Assembly: GCA_964510285.1 (NCBI GenBank)
Contig: CAZEAM010000373.1
Coordinates: 1-41,634 of the forward strand
Reading direction: 5' to 3'
Origin: an uncultured Frankiaceae bacterium
Lineage (GTDB): Bacteria > Actinomycetota > Actinomycetes > JAFAQI01
DNA: 41,634 nt
The notes below the pieces were generated by a model. That model had not been told where the DNA came from. It made no database searches and worked only from the letters and a program-made list of their open reading frames with translations. The translations under genes and the position numbers were made by a program. Shown here piece by piece: positions 32,694 through 40,296 of the stretch. How positions within the stretch are numbered: position 1 is the stretch's first letter; every line of letters starts with the position of its first letter.

Positions 32694-33075
32694 GACCAGG
32701 GAGCGAACGGAGCCAGCGGCGGCACTCGTCAACCTCGTCGGGAGGGCCGAGGTGCGTCATCTGCGACTCGACCTCGGCGTCTGGTGAGTCACCCGTAGAG
32801 ATCACGATGTACTCGCCCGTCACCCAGCTCGCGCTCCGCCGCATCTCGCTGATCAGGTGCTCGTCGGCTGCCGTCCAAGCCCGAGCGCGGTCCGAGAACT
32901 CGCCGAGGTACGCCGTGGTGCGCGCGTCGTAGACCCGGCAGCCGCGCACCACGGTCTCCAGCGTGCGGCGCACCACGACACGCTGTAGCCGCACCACGGT
33001 GATCTGTGGATAGCGCGCCCCCGTGGTGCGACCGCGTGGTGACGTTTGTGGTGCGCCTGCGGATGACGCTCCCAT
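32686..33075 (-). CDS. Hypothetical protein (about 129 aa) divergent from the integrase gene
   Basis: Only the C-terminal two thirds of track ORF 32686-33312 look protein-like (RVYDARTTAYLGEFSDRARAWTAADEHLISEMRRSASWVTGEYIVISTGD). The start is set at ATG 33075 and is uncertain. Confidence 0.4.
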   Translation of the reverse strand: MGASSAGAPQTSPRGRTTGARYPQITVVRLQRVVVRRTLETVVRGCRVYDARTTAYLGEFSDRARAWTAADEHLISEMRRSASWVTGEYIVISTGDSPDAEVESQMTHLGPPDEVDECRRWLRSLPGRV

Positions 33076-33144
33076 CCACAGATCGCGCACCACACCCGGA
33101 GATCGGGCGCAGAGGTGCGACGGTCGCACTCCGGGAGGTGTGGC

Positions 33145-34257
33145 ATGGGCCGGCGCGTGTTCGGGAGCATTCGACTGCTCCCCTCCGGTCGATACCAGGC
33201 GAGGTATCCGGGTCCGGACGGCCGGCTCCGCGCGGCACCGCAGACCTTCGAGACCAAGGCCGACGCGTCTCAGTTTCTGTCGGGCGTCGAGACCGACATG
33301 CTCCGAGGGCAATGGAACGACCCGCGAGCGGGAGCCACATCACTTCGCCTCTACGCCGACGCCTGGCTGGCGGAGCGGCGAGTGAAAGGTCGACCGATGG
33401 CGCCGCGCACGCGCGACACGTACCGGCACAGCCTCGACGCGTGGATCCTGCCGACGCTCGGCGATCTGCCTCTGACGAAGATCACTCCAGCCGTTGTCCG
33501 CAAGTGGCACGCAGAGACAAGTGCTGCAACCGGCGTGACAGCAACGCGCCAGGCCTACGCCCTACTGCGGGCGATCCTGAACACGGCTATCGCCGACGAC
33601 CTGATCCTCCGCAACCCGTGTCGCATCCGCGGCGCCGGGCAGCCGCACAGCCCGGAGCGACCGCTGGCCGACCTCGAGACTGTCACCAAGCTCGTCGATG
33701 CGATGCCGGCACATCTCCGGTGCCTCGTGATCGTCGCGTTCTGGGCGCACGCGCGCCTCGGTGAACTGCTCGGACTGCAACGCGGGGATGTCGACCTCAC
33801 TGCCGGAACGATCCGCATCGAGCGCCAGGTCGTCGAGGTCGACGACATCGGTCCTGTGGTCACCGAGCCAAAGGTCGGCAGCCGTCGTCTCGTGCATCTG
33901 CCGGAACCGGCAGTCGATGCCCTGCGCGAACACTTGCTGCAACGAGGCCCTGCGCTCCCGACCGCGCGGATCTTCACGCGCCCTAACGGCGGCGAGCTTC
34001 GAGCCCACCACGTGCATCACGCCTGGCAGGCGGCGCGCAAGAAGGTCGGCGTCGAGGAACTGCACTTTCACGATCTGCGGCACGCGGGCCTGACGCTTTC
34101 CGCTCAGACTGGCGCCACTTTGGCCGAGGTGATGCGCCGCGCAGGCCACGTGTCGTCCGCTGCAGCGATCAGGTACCAACACGCGGCCGACAAGCGAGAT
34201 GCGGAGATCGCGCGCCGGATGTCAGCCGTCGCAAGGAGCCGCGGTCGGGACGGTTAG
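33145..34257 (+). CDS. int: Tyrosine recombinase / phage-type integrase
   Basis: ATG at 33145 lies 7 nt after GGGAGG. The N-terminal arm-binding/SAM-like region reads FGSIRLLPSGRYQARY...YADAWLAERR. Catalytic motifs: AHARLGELLGL (Arg), HFHDLRHAG (HxxR), AAAIRYQH (Tyr). Confidence 0.95.
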   Translation: MGRRVFGSIRLLPSGRYQARYPGPDGRLRAAPQTFETKADASQFLSGVETDMLRGQWNDPRAGATSLRLYADAWLAERRVKGRPMAPRTRDTYRHSLDAWILPTLGDLPLTKITPAVVRKWHAETSAATGVTATRQAYALLRAILNTAIADDLILRNPCRIRGAGQPHSPERPLADLETVTKLVDAMPAHLRCLVIVAFWAHARLGELLGLQRGDVDLTAGTIRIERQVVEVDDIGPVVTEPKVGSRRLVHLPEPAVDALREHLLQRGPALPTARIFTRPNGGELRAHHVHHAWQAARKKVGVEELHFHDLRHAGLTLSAQTGATLAEVMRRAGHVSSAAAIRYQHAADKRDAEIARRMSAVARSRGRDG

Positions 34258-35276
34258 CCGCTAGTCCATTCGAACCCAGTGGTGTCGGCGAGCGTCGCCG
34301 AAACCGGCCGCGCGTCCTCCGACGCCCACCGCCGGGCAGGCTCAAGCTCACCGCCCACGGGGCCCCGAAGCACCACACGCTCGCCGGACGGCCACAACGA
34401 CACGAGCGCGGTGACGTGTCCCGAAATCGCGCCAACCCAGCCCCACACGACGCTGCGTTGCCCTGCCCGCTTGCGCAACTTTTCGCCAACCTGCGGCGCC
34501 TCCAGGATGCGAGCTTTGTCACCCGCCGTAGGGACGATCCAACGCCCGCTGTTGAGCAGCACCGGCGGGAGGTCGCCGTTTGGATCGCTGACGCGGCTGG
34601 TCAAGTCATCGCCGACGTACACGCTGGACCAACCCCCACCACGGTTCAGGTAGACGTAGCTCACCGACCGTTCGAGAATCCCGTCGTCCTGGTTCACGAC
34701 AAGGCCGGAGCGAGCCACTTCGACTCGAGCAAAGGTCCCGTCGGAGACGTGCCACGACAAGCGCCGCTTCCAAGGCACGGCCTCTTCGGCGCCGGTCACC
34801 GGGTCAAACAGGATCGGCCGGCGTCCGCGCTCGCCGCCAGCCCACCACCGTTCGAGGAAGGCAGCGGACTGCGGCCGTACACCCTCTGGAGCGTCATGGC
34901 GCGTCCACTCACTGCCGTCGTACAGCCAGAGATGGTCATCGCCGAGCGCTACGCCTCGGCCGTCGCGAAGCATCTGTGCGCCGCGGCGGTTCGTGCCCGG
35001 CAGCGATGGCAGAGCAGGCTCGGCGGCGGTAGGCGAGAGGCGGACCCCAGATGGATGTTGGTCGATAACCAGGCCCTCGACGTCGAGGAACCGGCCGTAC
35101 GCAGGGTGCTCGACCGGAAGCTCGTAGGGCAGCGCCGCGACTTCGACTGTGCCCGCGTCGGTCACGCGCGCAAGTGACAGGTGCCCACCATCGTTCAGCA
35201 GTAGGACCGGCTCGAGGACCACGGACGTAGCCTCTCGCGCCAGCACCGATAAGTCGGAATGGCACGCGAATGGCAC
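34254..35276 (-). CDS. Hypothetical 340-aa protein (beta-rich), islet cargo next to the tRNA
   Basis: Long ORF with high GC3 and no recognisable motifs. The longest-ORF GTG start (35276) lies inside the arm-type repeat. GTG 35222, 8 nt after GAGAGG, is a plausible alternative start. Confidence 0.6.
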   Translation of the reverse strand: MPFACHSDLSVLAREATSVVLEPVLLLNDGGHLSLARVTDAGTVEVAALPYELPVEHPAYGRFLDVEGLVIDQHPSGVRLSPTAAEPALPSLPGTNRRGAQMLRDGRGVALGDDHLWLYDGSEWTRHDAPEGVRPQSAAFLERWWAGGERGRRPILFDPVTGAEEAVPWKRRLSWHVSDGTFARVEVARSGLVVNQDDGILERSVSYVYLNRGGGWSSVYVGDDLTSRVSDPNGDLPPVLLNSGRWIVPTAGDKARILEAPQVGEKLRKRAGQRSVVWGWVGAISGHVTALVSLWPSGERVVLRGPVGGELEPARRWASEDARPVSATLADTTGFEWTSG

Positions 35277-35277
35277 G
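35258..35277 (+). repeat. Tandem TGGCACG motifs (AATGGCACGCGAATGGCACG), a candidate integrase arm-type site at the right arm
   Basis: Direct repeat of 28608-28627, located 66 nt from the core repeat. Confidence 0.5.
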
Positions 35278-35343
35278 AGGCAACGGCTGGCAGAGGTCGA
35301 TGGCGGTTGATTCGTCGCGTTAGCAGGTGAAACCGCAGGTCAG

Positions 35344-35432
35344 CGGAGGGCGTGGGATTCGAACCCACGATGACGCTTCCGCGCCATAGCGGTTTTCAAG
35401 ACCGCCGCCATCGTCCACTAGGCGAGCCCTCC
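35344..35432 (-). tRNA. tRNA-Ser (anticodon UGA)
   Basis: Hand fold: acceptor GGAGGGC/GCCCTCC, anticodon stem GCGGT/ACCGC with loop CTTGAAA, long variable arm ATGGCGC-GGAA-GCGTCAT, T arm GTGGG-TTCGAAT-CCCAC, discriminator G. CCA is not encoded. Confidence 0.9.
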
Positions 35433-35468
35433 TGGCGTGAACAGGCTAGGCGACCCCTCGTATTCGCA

Positions 35469-35550
35469 CGAAGTAGCACACAAAGTCGCCGCGAGCTGGG
35501 CGGCGCACGCTCGGACCAGCCGGTGGGGACGGACTTTGTGTGCTACTTCG
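35469..35550. repeat. Perfect 19-bp inverted repeat with a 44-nt spacer between tRNA-Ser and the next gene
   Basis: CGAAGTAGCACACAAAGTC (35469-35487) and GACTTTGTGTGCTACTTCG (35532-35550). The spacer itself contains CGAGC...GCTCG. Confidence 0.9.
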
Positions 35551-35564
35551 AATGGCTGGCGATC

Positions 35565-36440
35565 ATGGGTTGGCTGTGGTGGGGTATCCGGGTGCGTCGC
35601 CCAGCCGCCTTCGCGTTTCGTCGTGCCTTCGGTTTCGGTCCGGCGTTCGTCGCGATGGTTCTTGCGGCTGCCCTCATCCCGCTCGGCCCGGCCAACGCCG
35701 CCGCGCTCGCGCCGTCCGCCGGTGTGCACGGCGCCGACATCTCCTGGCCGCAGTGCCCCAAGGGCATGGGCATCAGGAAGCGGCGCACCGAGGGCCAGCC
35801 GATGCCGACCCGGGACGCGAGCTTCGTCGTCGTCGGAGTCACGAACGGCCCGGGCTTTCACCCCAACCCGTGCCTGGCCGAGCAGGTCGCGTGGGTGAAG
35901 GCGCATCAGCGTTACCTCGCGGCGTACGCGATGACGACGTACCCCCGAAAGAAGGACCGGGCCGCCTACGGCGGCGACGGCCCGTACGACGCCTCGACCG
36001 CTCGCGGCCGACTGCGCAACACGGGCTACGCCGAGGCGACCTTCAACCTGTCCAGCATGGCGGCCGCCGCCCTCACCGTGCCGATGCTCTGGGTGGACGT
36101 CGAGCCGTATCCGACCTTCCCGTGGAGCAAGAGCCACCGCAAGAACCGCATGGTGGTCAAGGCGGCGCTGCGCGCCTACACCGAAGCCGGCCTCCGGGTG
36201 GGCATCTACACCTATCCCAACGGCTGGAAGAACGTCGTCGGCTCGTGGCAGCTACCCGACCTGCCGACCTGGTCGACGATCGGTTCGGGTCACGCCGGAC
36301 ACGCCCTGCGCGCCTGCGGGCACGGGCCGAGCGGCGGGAGTGACTGGATCATGCAGTGGTGGCGTAACAACCGTGACAAGGACGTGATCTGCCCGGCCGC
36401 GGACGCGCAGGTCGCGGTGATGTTCGCCAGCCCGAGCTAA
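35565..36440 (+). CDS. Secreted glycoside-hydrolase-like protein (GH25 / Rv2525c-like, DUF1906-type), possible Tat substrate
   Basis: ATG at 35565, because the track ORF start lies inside the tRNA. The N-terminus has FRRAFGFGPAFVAMVLAAALIPLGPANAAA, followed by VHGADISWPQCPK and later LWVDVEP...RVGIYTY. The family call is from memory of Rv2525c-like proteins. Confidence 0.75.
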   Translation: MGWLWWGIRVRRPAAFAFRRAFGFGPAFVAMVLAAALIPLGPANAAALAPSAGVHGADISWPQCPKGMGIRKRRTEGQPMPTRDASFVVVGVTNGPGFHPNPCLAEQVAWVKAHQRYLAAYAMTTYPRKKDRAAYGGDGPYDASTARGRLRNTGYAEATFNLSSMAAAALTVPMLWVDVEPYPTFPWSKSHRKNRMVVKAALRAYTEAGLRVGIYTYPNGWKNVVGSWQLPDLPTWSTIGSGHAGHALRACGHGPSGGSDWIMQWWRNNRDKDVICPAADAQVAVMFASPS

Positions 36441-36497
36441 CCCCGCGAGGACTGAACCCCCGGTGCAATGTGGCATTGCTTGCGTCATTATCGACGG

Positions 36498-37442
36498 ATG
36501 CCGCTTGATCCGCAGATCGCCGCCATCCTGAAGTTCCTCGCCGACTCCGGCGCGCCGTCCATCGCTTCCGGGACGGTGGAGCAGGCGCGCGCGGGCTTCC
36601 GGGCCGGTACGGTCGGCGTCCGCAACCCGGCGACCCTCGCCCAGGTGCGCTCCGTCGAGGACATCGCCGTCCCGGGCGGCGCCGGCGAGCGCCCGGCGCG
36701 CGTGTACCGGCCCGACGTCGACGGTCCGGTCCCGACGATGGTGTTCTTCCACGGCGGGGGGTTCGTCATCGGTGACATCGAGACCCACGACGACCAGGCA
36801 CGGCTGATCTGCCGCGACGGCGCGATGGTCGTGGTGAGCGTCGACTACCGGCTGGCGCCCGAGCACCCGTTCCCGGCCGGGTACGACGACTGTCTCGCCG
36901 CGACCCGGTGGGCGGCGGCGAACATCGACTCACTCGGCGGTGATCCGGCCAGGCTGGTGGTGGGCGGCGACAGTGCGGGCGGCAACCTCGCGGCCAATGT
37001 CGCGATCGCCTGTCGCGACGAGGGTCCGGCGCTCGCGGCGCAGTTCCTCATCTACCCCGCGACCGACTTCACCGAGGACGGCGACTACCCCTCACGGATC
37101 GAGAACGCCGAGGGGTACTTCCTCACCGCCGAGGACATGCTGTGGTTCGGCGAGCAGTACCTGCCGCCGGAGGTCGACCGCTCCGCGCCGGGAATGTCGC
37201 CGATCCGCGCCGCCGACCTGAGCGGGCTGCCGCCGACCGTCATCGGCGCCGGCGAGTTCGACCCGCTGCGCGACGAGGACCTGGCCTACGGCAAGGCGCT
37301 AGCGGACGCCGGAGTCAAGGTGGTCGTCCGGTGCTACGACGGGATGATCCACGGCTTCTTTGGCTTCACCCAGCTCAGCGCCGCGGCGGCCGAAGCGGTC
37401 TCCGACATGATCGGTGAGCTGCGCGAGCTACTCGCCGCGTAG
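36498..37442 (+). CDS. Alpha/beta hydrolase, hormone-sensitive-lipase-type esterase
   Basis: ATG at 36498. Motifs: FFHGGGF oxyanion motif, GGDSAGGNLA nucleophile elbow, GMIHGF. Confidence 0.9.
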   Translation: MPLDPQIAAILKFLADSGAPSIASGTVEQARAGFRAGTVGVRNPATLAQVRSVEDIAVPGGAGERPARVYRPDVDGPVPTMVFFHGGGFVIGDIETHDDQARLICRDGAMVVVSVDYRLAPEHPFPAGYDDCLAATRWAAANIDSLGGDPARLVVGGDSAGGNLAANVAIACRDEGPALAAQFLIYPATDFTEDGDYPSRIENAEGYFLTAEDMLWFGEQYLPPEVDRSAPGMSPIRAADLSGLPPTVIGAGEFDPLRDEDLAYGKALADAGVKVVVRCYDGMIHGFFGFTQLSAAAAEAVSDMIGELRELLAA

Positions 37443-38642
37443 CCGGCGGGCCGCCAGGGCCGCCCCGACCAGCTGCAGCCCGCGCGTCGTTGCCGGGTCG
37501 ATCCCGGTCAGCTCGACCACACGACGCAACCGGTAGTCGAGGGTGTTCGGGTGCACGTGCAGCGCCGCCGCCGTGCCACGGCGGTCGAGGTCGTGGTCGA
37601 GATAGGTCTCGAGGGTCAGCACCAGGTCGGGGTTGCGCTCGAGCGGTTCGAGCAACGCGCCGAGCTCGGGCAACGCGTCACTCGGGCGGGACAGCTGGTA
37701 CTCGAGCAGCACGTCGCTGAGGGTGTAGGCACCGGCGCCACGCCCCAGGCCGGTTGCCAGCGCGAGCACGTCCCCTGCCTGCCGGGTCGCCGCGGCCAGG
37801 TCGCCGATCGTCGCCGCGACCGCCACGCCGGCATTCACCGGCGCACCGGCTGCCTCGGTGAGCTCGGCGAGCAGCTCCGGCATCGCCCCGACCACCTTGT
37901 CCGACTCTTCGACGGTCGTCGCGATCAGCACCGGTCCGCCGGCCGGCTCGAGCAGCCCGATCACCGGCTGCCCGGCCCAGCGCTCCAGCCGGCCCTGCAC
38001 CCGGCGCAGCTTGCGCCGCGCAGCGACCGCCCCGCCGACACCGGGCTCCTCCTCGTCGGGATGCTCGCCGATGCTGACGTCGAGGACCACGTAGGCGGGC
38101 GCGATGCTGATCCCGACCCGGGCGGCGAGCTTGTCCGCCGGCTCCCCGGCCAGCAGCGCGGAGGCAACTGCGCGCAGCGCGTCGCGTTCCTCGCCGTAGA
38201 TGCTTTGCCGTTCTTCCAGGTACGCCGAGGCGACCGCGCCGGTCACCTGCTGCACGAACTCGAGCACCCGGCCGGCGACCACGATGAGCACGTCTCGCTC
38301 GTCCGGCTGCGCCGCCGTGGCCAGCGCCTCCCAGCCGAGCCGGCCGCCGACGTGGTAGGCCGCCAGCACCGCGTCGAGCGGCACCCGCTCCTCGGCGCGA
38401 CGGGCCGCCGAGCTGCGGATCTCGACCAGCGCCTCGTCCGGGATCGGCCCGTCACTGCGCAGGTACTGGAAGAACAGCCTGAGGTTCAACGCCGTGATCG
38501 CCGCGATCTCCCCTTCGAGCTGCTCGCGGGGCAGCATGCGGTAGAGCGGGATCTCCGCGACGAACTGGTCGAGCATCTGGCGGGCGAGCTTCGGGATTTC
38601 GCGCTCCACCCGGGAGAACAGCGGCGAATCCTGCGGGCTCAT
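37428..38642 (-). CDS. PucR/CdaR-family transcriptional regulator
   Basis: 404 aa. The C-terminal PucR HTH reads RRGTAAALHVHPNTLDYRLRRVVELTGIDP. It overlaps the esterase 3' end by 15 nt (convergent). Confidence 0.9.
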   Translation of the reverse strand: MSPQDSPLFSRVEREIPKLARQMLDQFVAEIPLYRMLPREQLEGEIAAITALNLRLFFQYLRSDGPIPDEALVEIRSSAARRAEERVPLDAVLAAYHVGGRLGWEALATAAQPDERDVLIVVAGRVLEFVQQVTGAVASAYLEERQSIYGEERDALRAVASALLAGEPADKLAARVGISIAPAYVVLDVSIGEHPDEEEPGVGGAVAARRKLRRVQGRLERWAGQPVIGLLEPAGGPVLIATTVEESDKVVGAMPELLAELTEAAGAPVNAGVAVAATIGDLAAATRQAGDVLALATGLGRGAGAYTLSDVLLEYQLSRPSDALPELGALLEPLERNPDLVLTLETYLDHDLDRRGTAAALHVHPNTLDYRLRRVVELTGIDPATTRGLQLVGAALAARRLRGE

Positions 38643-38741
38643 AAGTCAAATGATGTCCCTAACTGCGCCGTAGATACAGGGCAAGTCGGGCTATCCCGGC
38701 ATTGTTCGCAAAGGGGGCAAGGCGGTCTCTACGGTGGGTCC

Positions 38742-39722
38742 GTGCGTGCGGTGCGTTGTCGCGAAGGCGGGGATCTCGACGTACTGCAATGGGCCGAGAT
38801 CGACGACCCGCTACCCGGGCCGGGCGAGGTCCTGATCGAGGTCGCCGCCAGCGCGGTCAACCGCGCCGACCTGCTGCAGCGGATGGGGCTCTACCCCCCG
38901 CCGCCGGGCGTGACCGACACCCTCGGCCTCGAATGCAGCGGGCGGGTCGCGGCACTGGGCGACGGCGTCTCGGGCTGGTCGATCGGCGACGAGGTCTGCG
39001 CCCTGCTGGCCGGCGGCGGCCAGGCTGAGTACGCAGTGGCCCCGGCCGGCCAGGTCATGCCCGTGCCGCCCGGCGTCGACGTCGTAACGGCGGCGGCACT
39101 GCCCGAGGTCGCCGCCACGGTGTGGGCCAACGTGGTGCTCCGCGCGTCGCTGCAGCCGGGCGAGGCCCTCCTGGTGCACGGCGGGGCGAGCGGCATCGGC
39201 ACGATGGCCATCCAGGTCGGCAAGGCGCTCGGTGCCACCGTGATCACCACCGCGGGTACGGCGGACAAGCTGCAGCGCTGCCGCGAGCTCGGCGCCGACG
39301 TCGGCGTCAACTATCGCGAGGAGGACTTCGTCGCGGCCACGCTGACGGCCACGTCCGGCGGCGGCGCCGACGTGATCCTGGACCTGATGGGGGCGGCGTA
39401 CCTGTCGCGCAACGTTGGTGCGCTCGCCACCAGCGGCCGGCTGGTCATCATCGGGATGCAGGGCGGCACCCGCGCCGAGCTCGACATCGGGTTGCTGTTG
39501 AGCAAGCGCGGCAGCGTCCACGCAACGTCGCTGCGCAGCCGGCCGCTGGCGGAGAAGGCCGCGATCTGCGCCGCCCTCGTCGCGGACCTCTGGCCGCTGG
39601 TCGCCGACGGCAAGGTCCACCCGGTCGTCCACACCACGCTCGCGATGAGCCAGGTCGCCGAGGCCCACCGGCTGATCGCCGACAGCGGGCACGTCGGCAA
39701 GGTCCTGCTCACGCCGGGGTGA
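38742..39722 (+). CDS. NAD(P)H:quinone oxidoreductase (zeta-crystallin/MDR family)
   Basis: GTG at 38742. Motifs: GEVLIEVAASAVNRADLLQRMGLYPPPPG, LVHGGASGIGTMAIQ. The upstream 1.2 kb of the 723-aa track ORF is antisense shadow of the PucR gene. Confidence 0.9.
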   Translation: MRAVRCREGGDLDVLQWAEIDDPLPGPGEVLIEVAASAVNRADLLQRMGLYPPPPGVTDTLGLECSGRVAALGDGVSGWSIGDEVCALLAGGGQAEYAVAPAGQVMPVPPGVDVVTAAALPEVAATVWANVVLRASLQPGEALLVHGGASGIGTMAIQVGKALGATVITTAGTADKLQRCRELGADVGVNYREEDFVAATLTATSGGGADVILDLMGAAYLSRNVGALATSGRLVIIGMQGGTRAELDIGLLLSKRGSVHATSLRSRPLAEKAAICAALVADLWPLVADGKVHPVVHTTLAMSQVAEAHRLIADSGHVGKVLLTPG

Positions 39723-39768
39723 CTGATCTCGCCACCAACCCGACGCCGCAATCCAGCGTCTGACGAAT

Positions 39769-40296
39769 GTGAGCGTGGTTGTCCCTGTGCTCGATACTGG
39801 GCTCTCTCGCTGCGTGGGGGAGGCTGCACGGGTGGAGGCCGCACCGACCGGTGAGGCGACGTTCCGGCTGCACTACGCGCCGCTCGCCGGGTGGTGCCGG
39901 AGGATGGTCGGCGATGACGACGTCGCCCACGACATCGCCGCCGAGGCGTTCGTCCGGCTGCTCGGGCGGTGGAGCACGGTCAGCGACCCGCGGGCCTACC
40001 TGTACACGACCGCGCTCAACCTGATCCGCGACCGCTGGCGCCGCAGCGAGCGTGAGCGGGTGGCGTTGCGCAAGACCGCGACGGCGTCGGCATCCGCAGC
40101 GCCGCCGGCGCCCGAGCTGCGGATGCTGGTCGAGACGCTGCCGCGACGGCTGTCCCAGGTCGTCGTACTCCACTACTTCGCCGACCTGCCGATCGACGCC
40201 GTCGCCCGCGAGCTCGGCGTCGCACCGGGCACCGTGAAGCGCGACCTGTACGACGCGCGAGCGCGACTGCAGTCACTGCTCGAGGACTCGCGATGA
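39769..40296 (+). CDS. ECF sigma-70 family sigma factor
   Basis: 175 aa with a GTG start. Region 2: FRLHYAPLAGWCRRMVGDDDVAHDIAAEAFVRLL...YLYTTALNLIRDRWRR. Region 4: LPRRLSQVVVLHYFADLPIDAVARELGVAPGTVKRDLYDARARL. Confidence 0.85.
   Translation: MSVVVPVLDTGLSRCVGEAARVEAAPTGEATFRLHYAPLAGWCRRMVGDDDVAHDIAAEAFVRLLGRWSTVSDPRAYLYTTALNLIRDRWRRSERERVALRKTATASASAAPPAPELRMLVETLPRRLSQVVVLHYFADLPIDAVARELGVAPGTVKRDLYDARARLQSLLEDSR

Larger units (their letters stand above)
28444..35400. mobile_element. Integrated genomic islet (about 6.96 kb) at tRNA-Ser(UGA) with tyrosine integrase and excisionase-type HTH
   Basis: Bounded by direct repeats 28444-28501 and 35343-35400. The integrase lies at 33145-34257 and the xis-like gene at 32255-32428. 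GC3 of several internal ORFs is visibly lower than in flanking genes, and promoter regions are AT-richer (for example 29700-29760). Confidence 0.8.

Noticed and set aside
33001-33084. 10-bp inverted repeat GATCTGTGGA / TCCACAGATC upstream of the integrase gene.
   Set aside because: My rough estimate is that a 10-bp repeat within 100 nt occurs by chance a few times in 41 kb. It may be a real operator, but the sequence alone does not support it.
32789-33343. Alternative minus-strand ORFs 32789-33343 and 32853-33257, and the N-terminal 79 aa of ORF 32686-33312.
   Set aside because: They give Arg/Pro/Gly-rich shadow-type translations that overlap the integrase start region. Only the 32686-33075 segment reads as protein-like, and even that call is low confidence.
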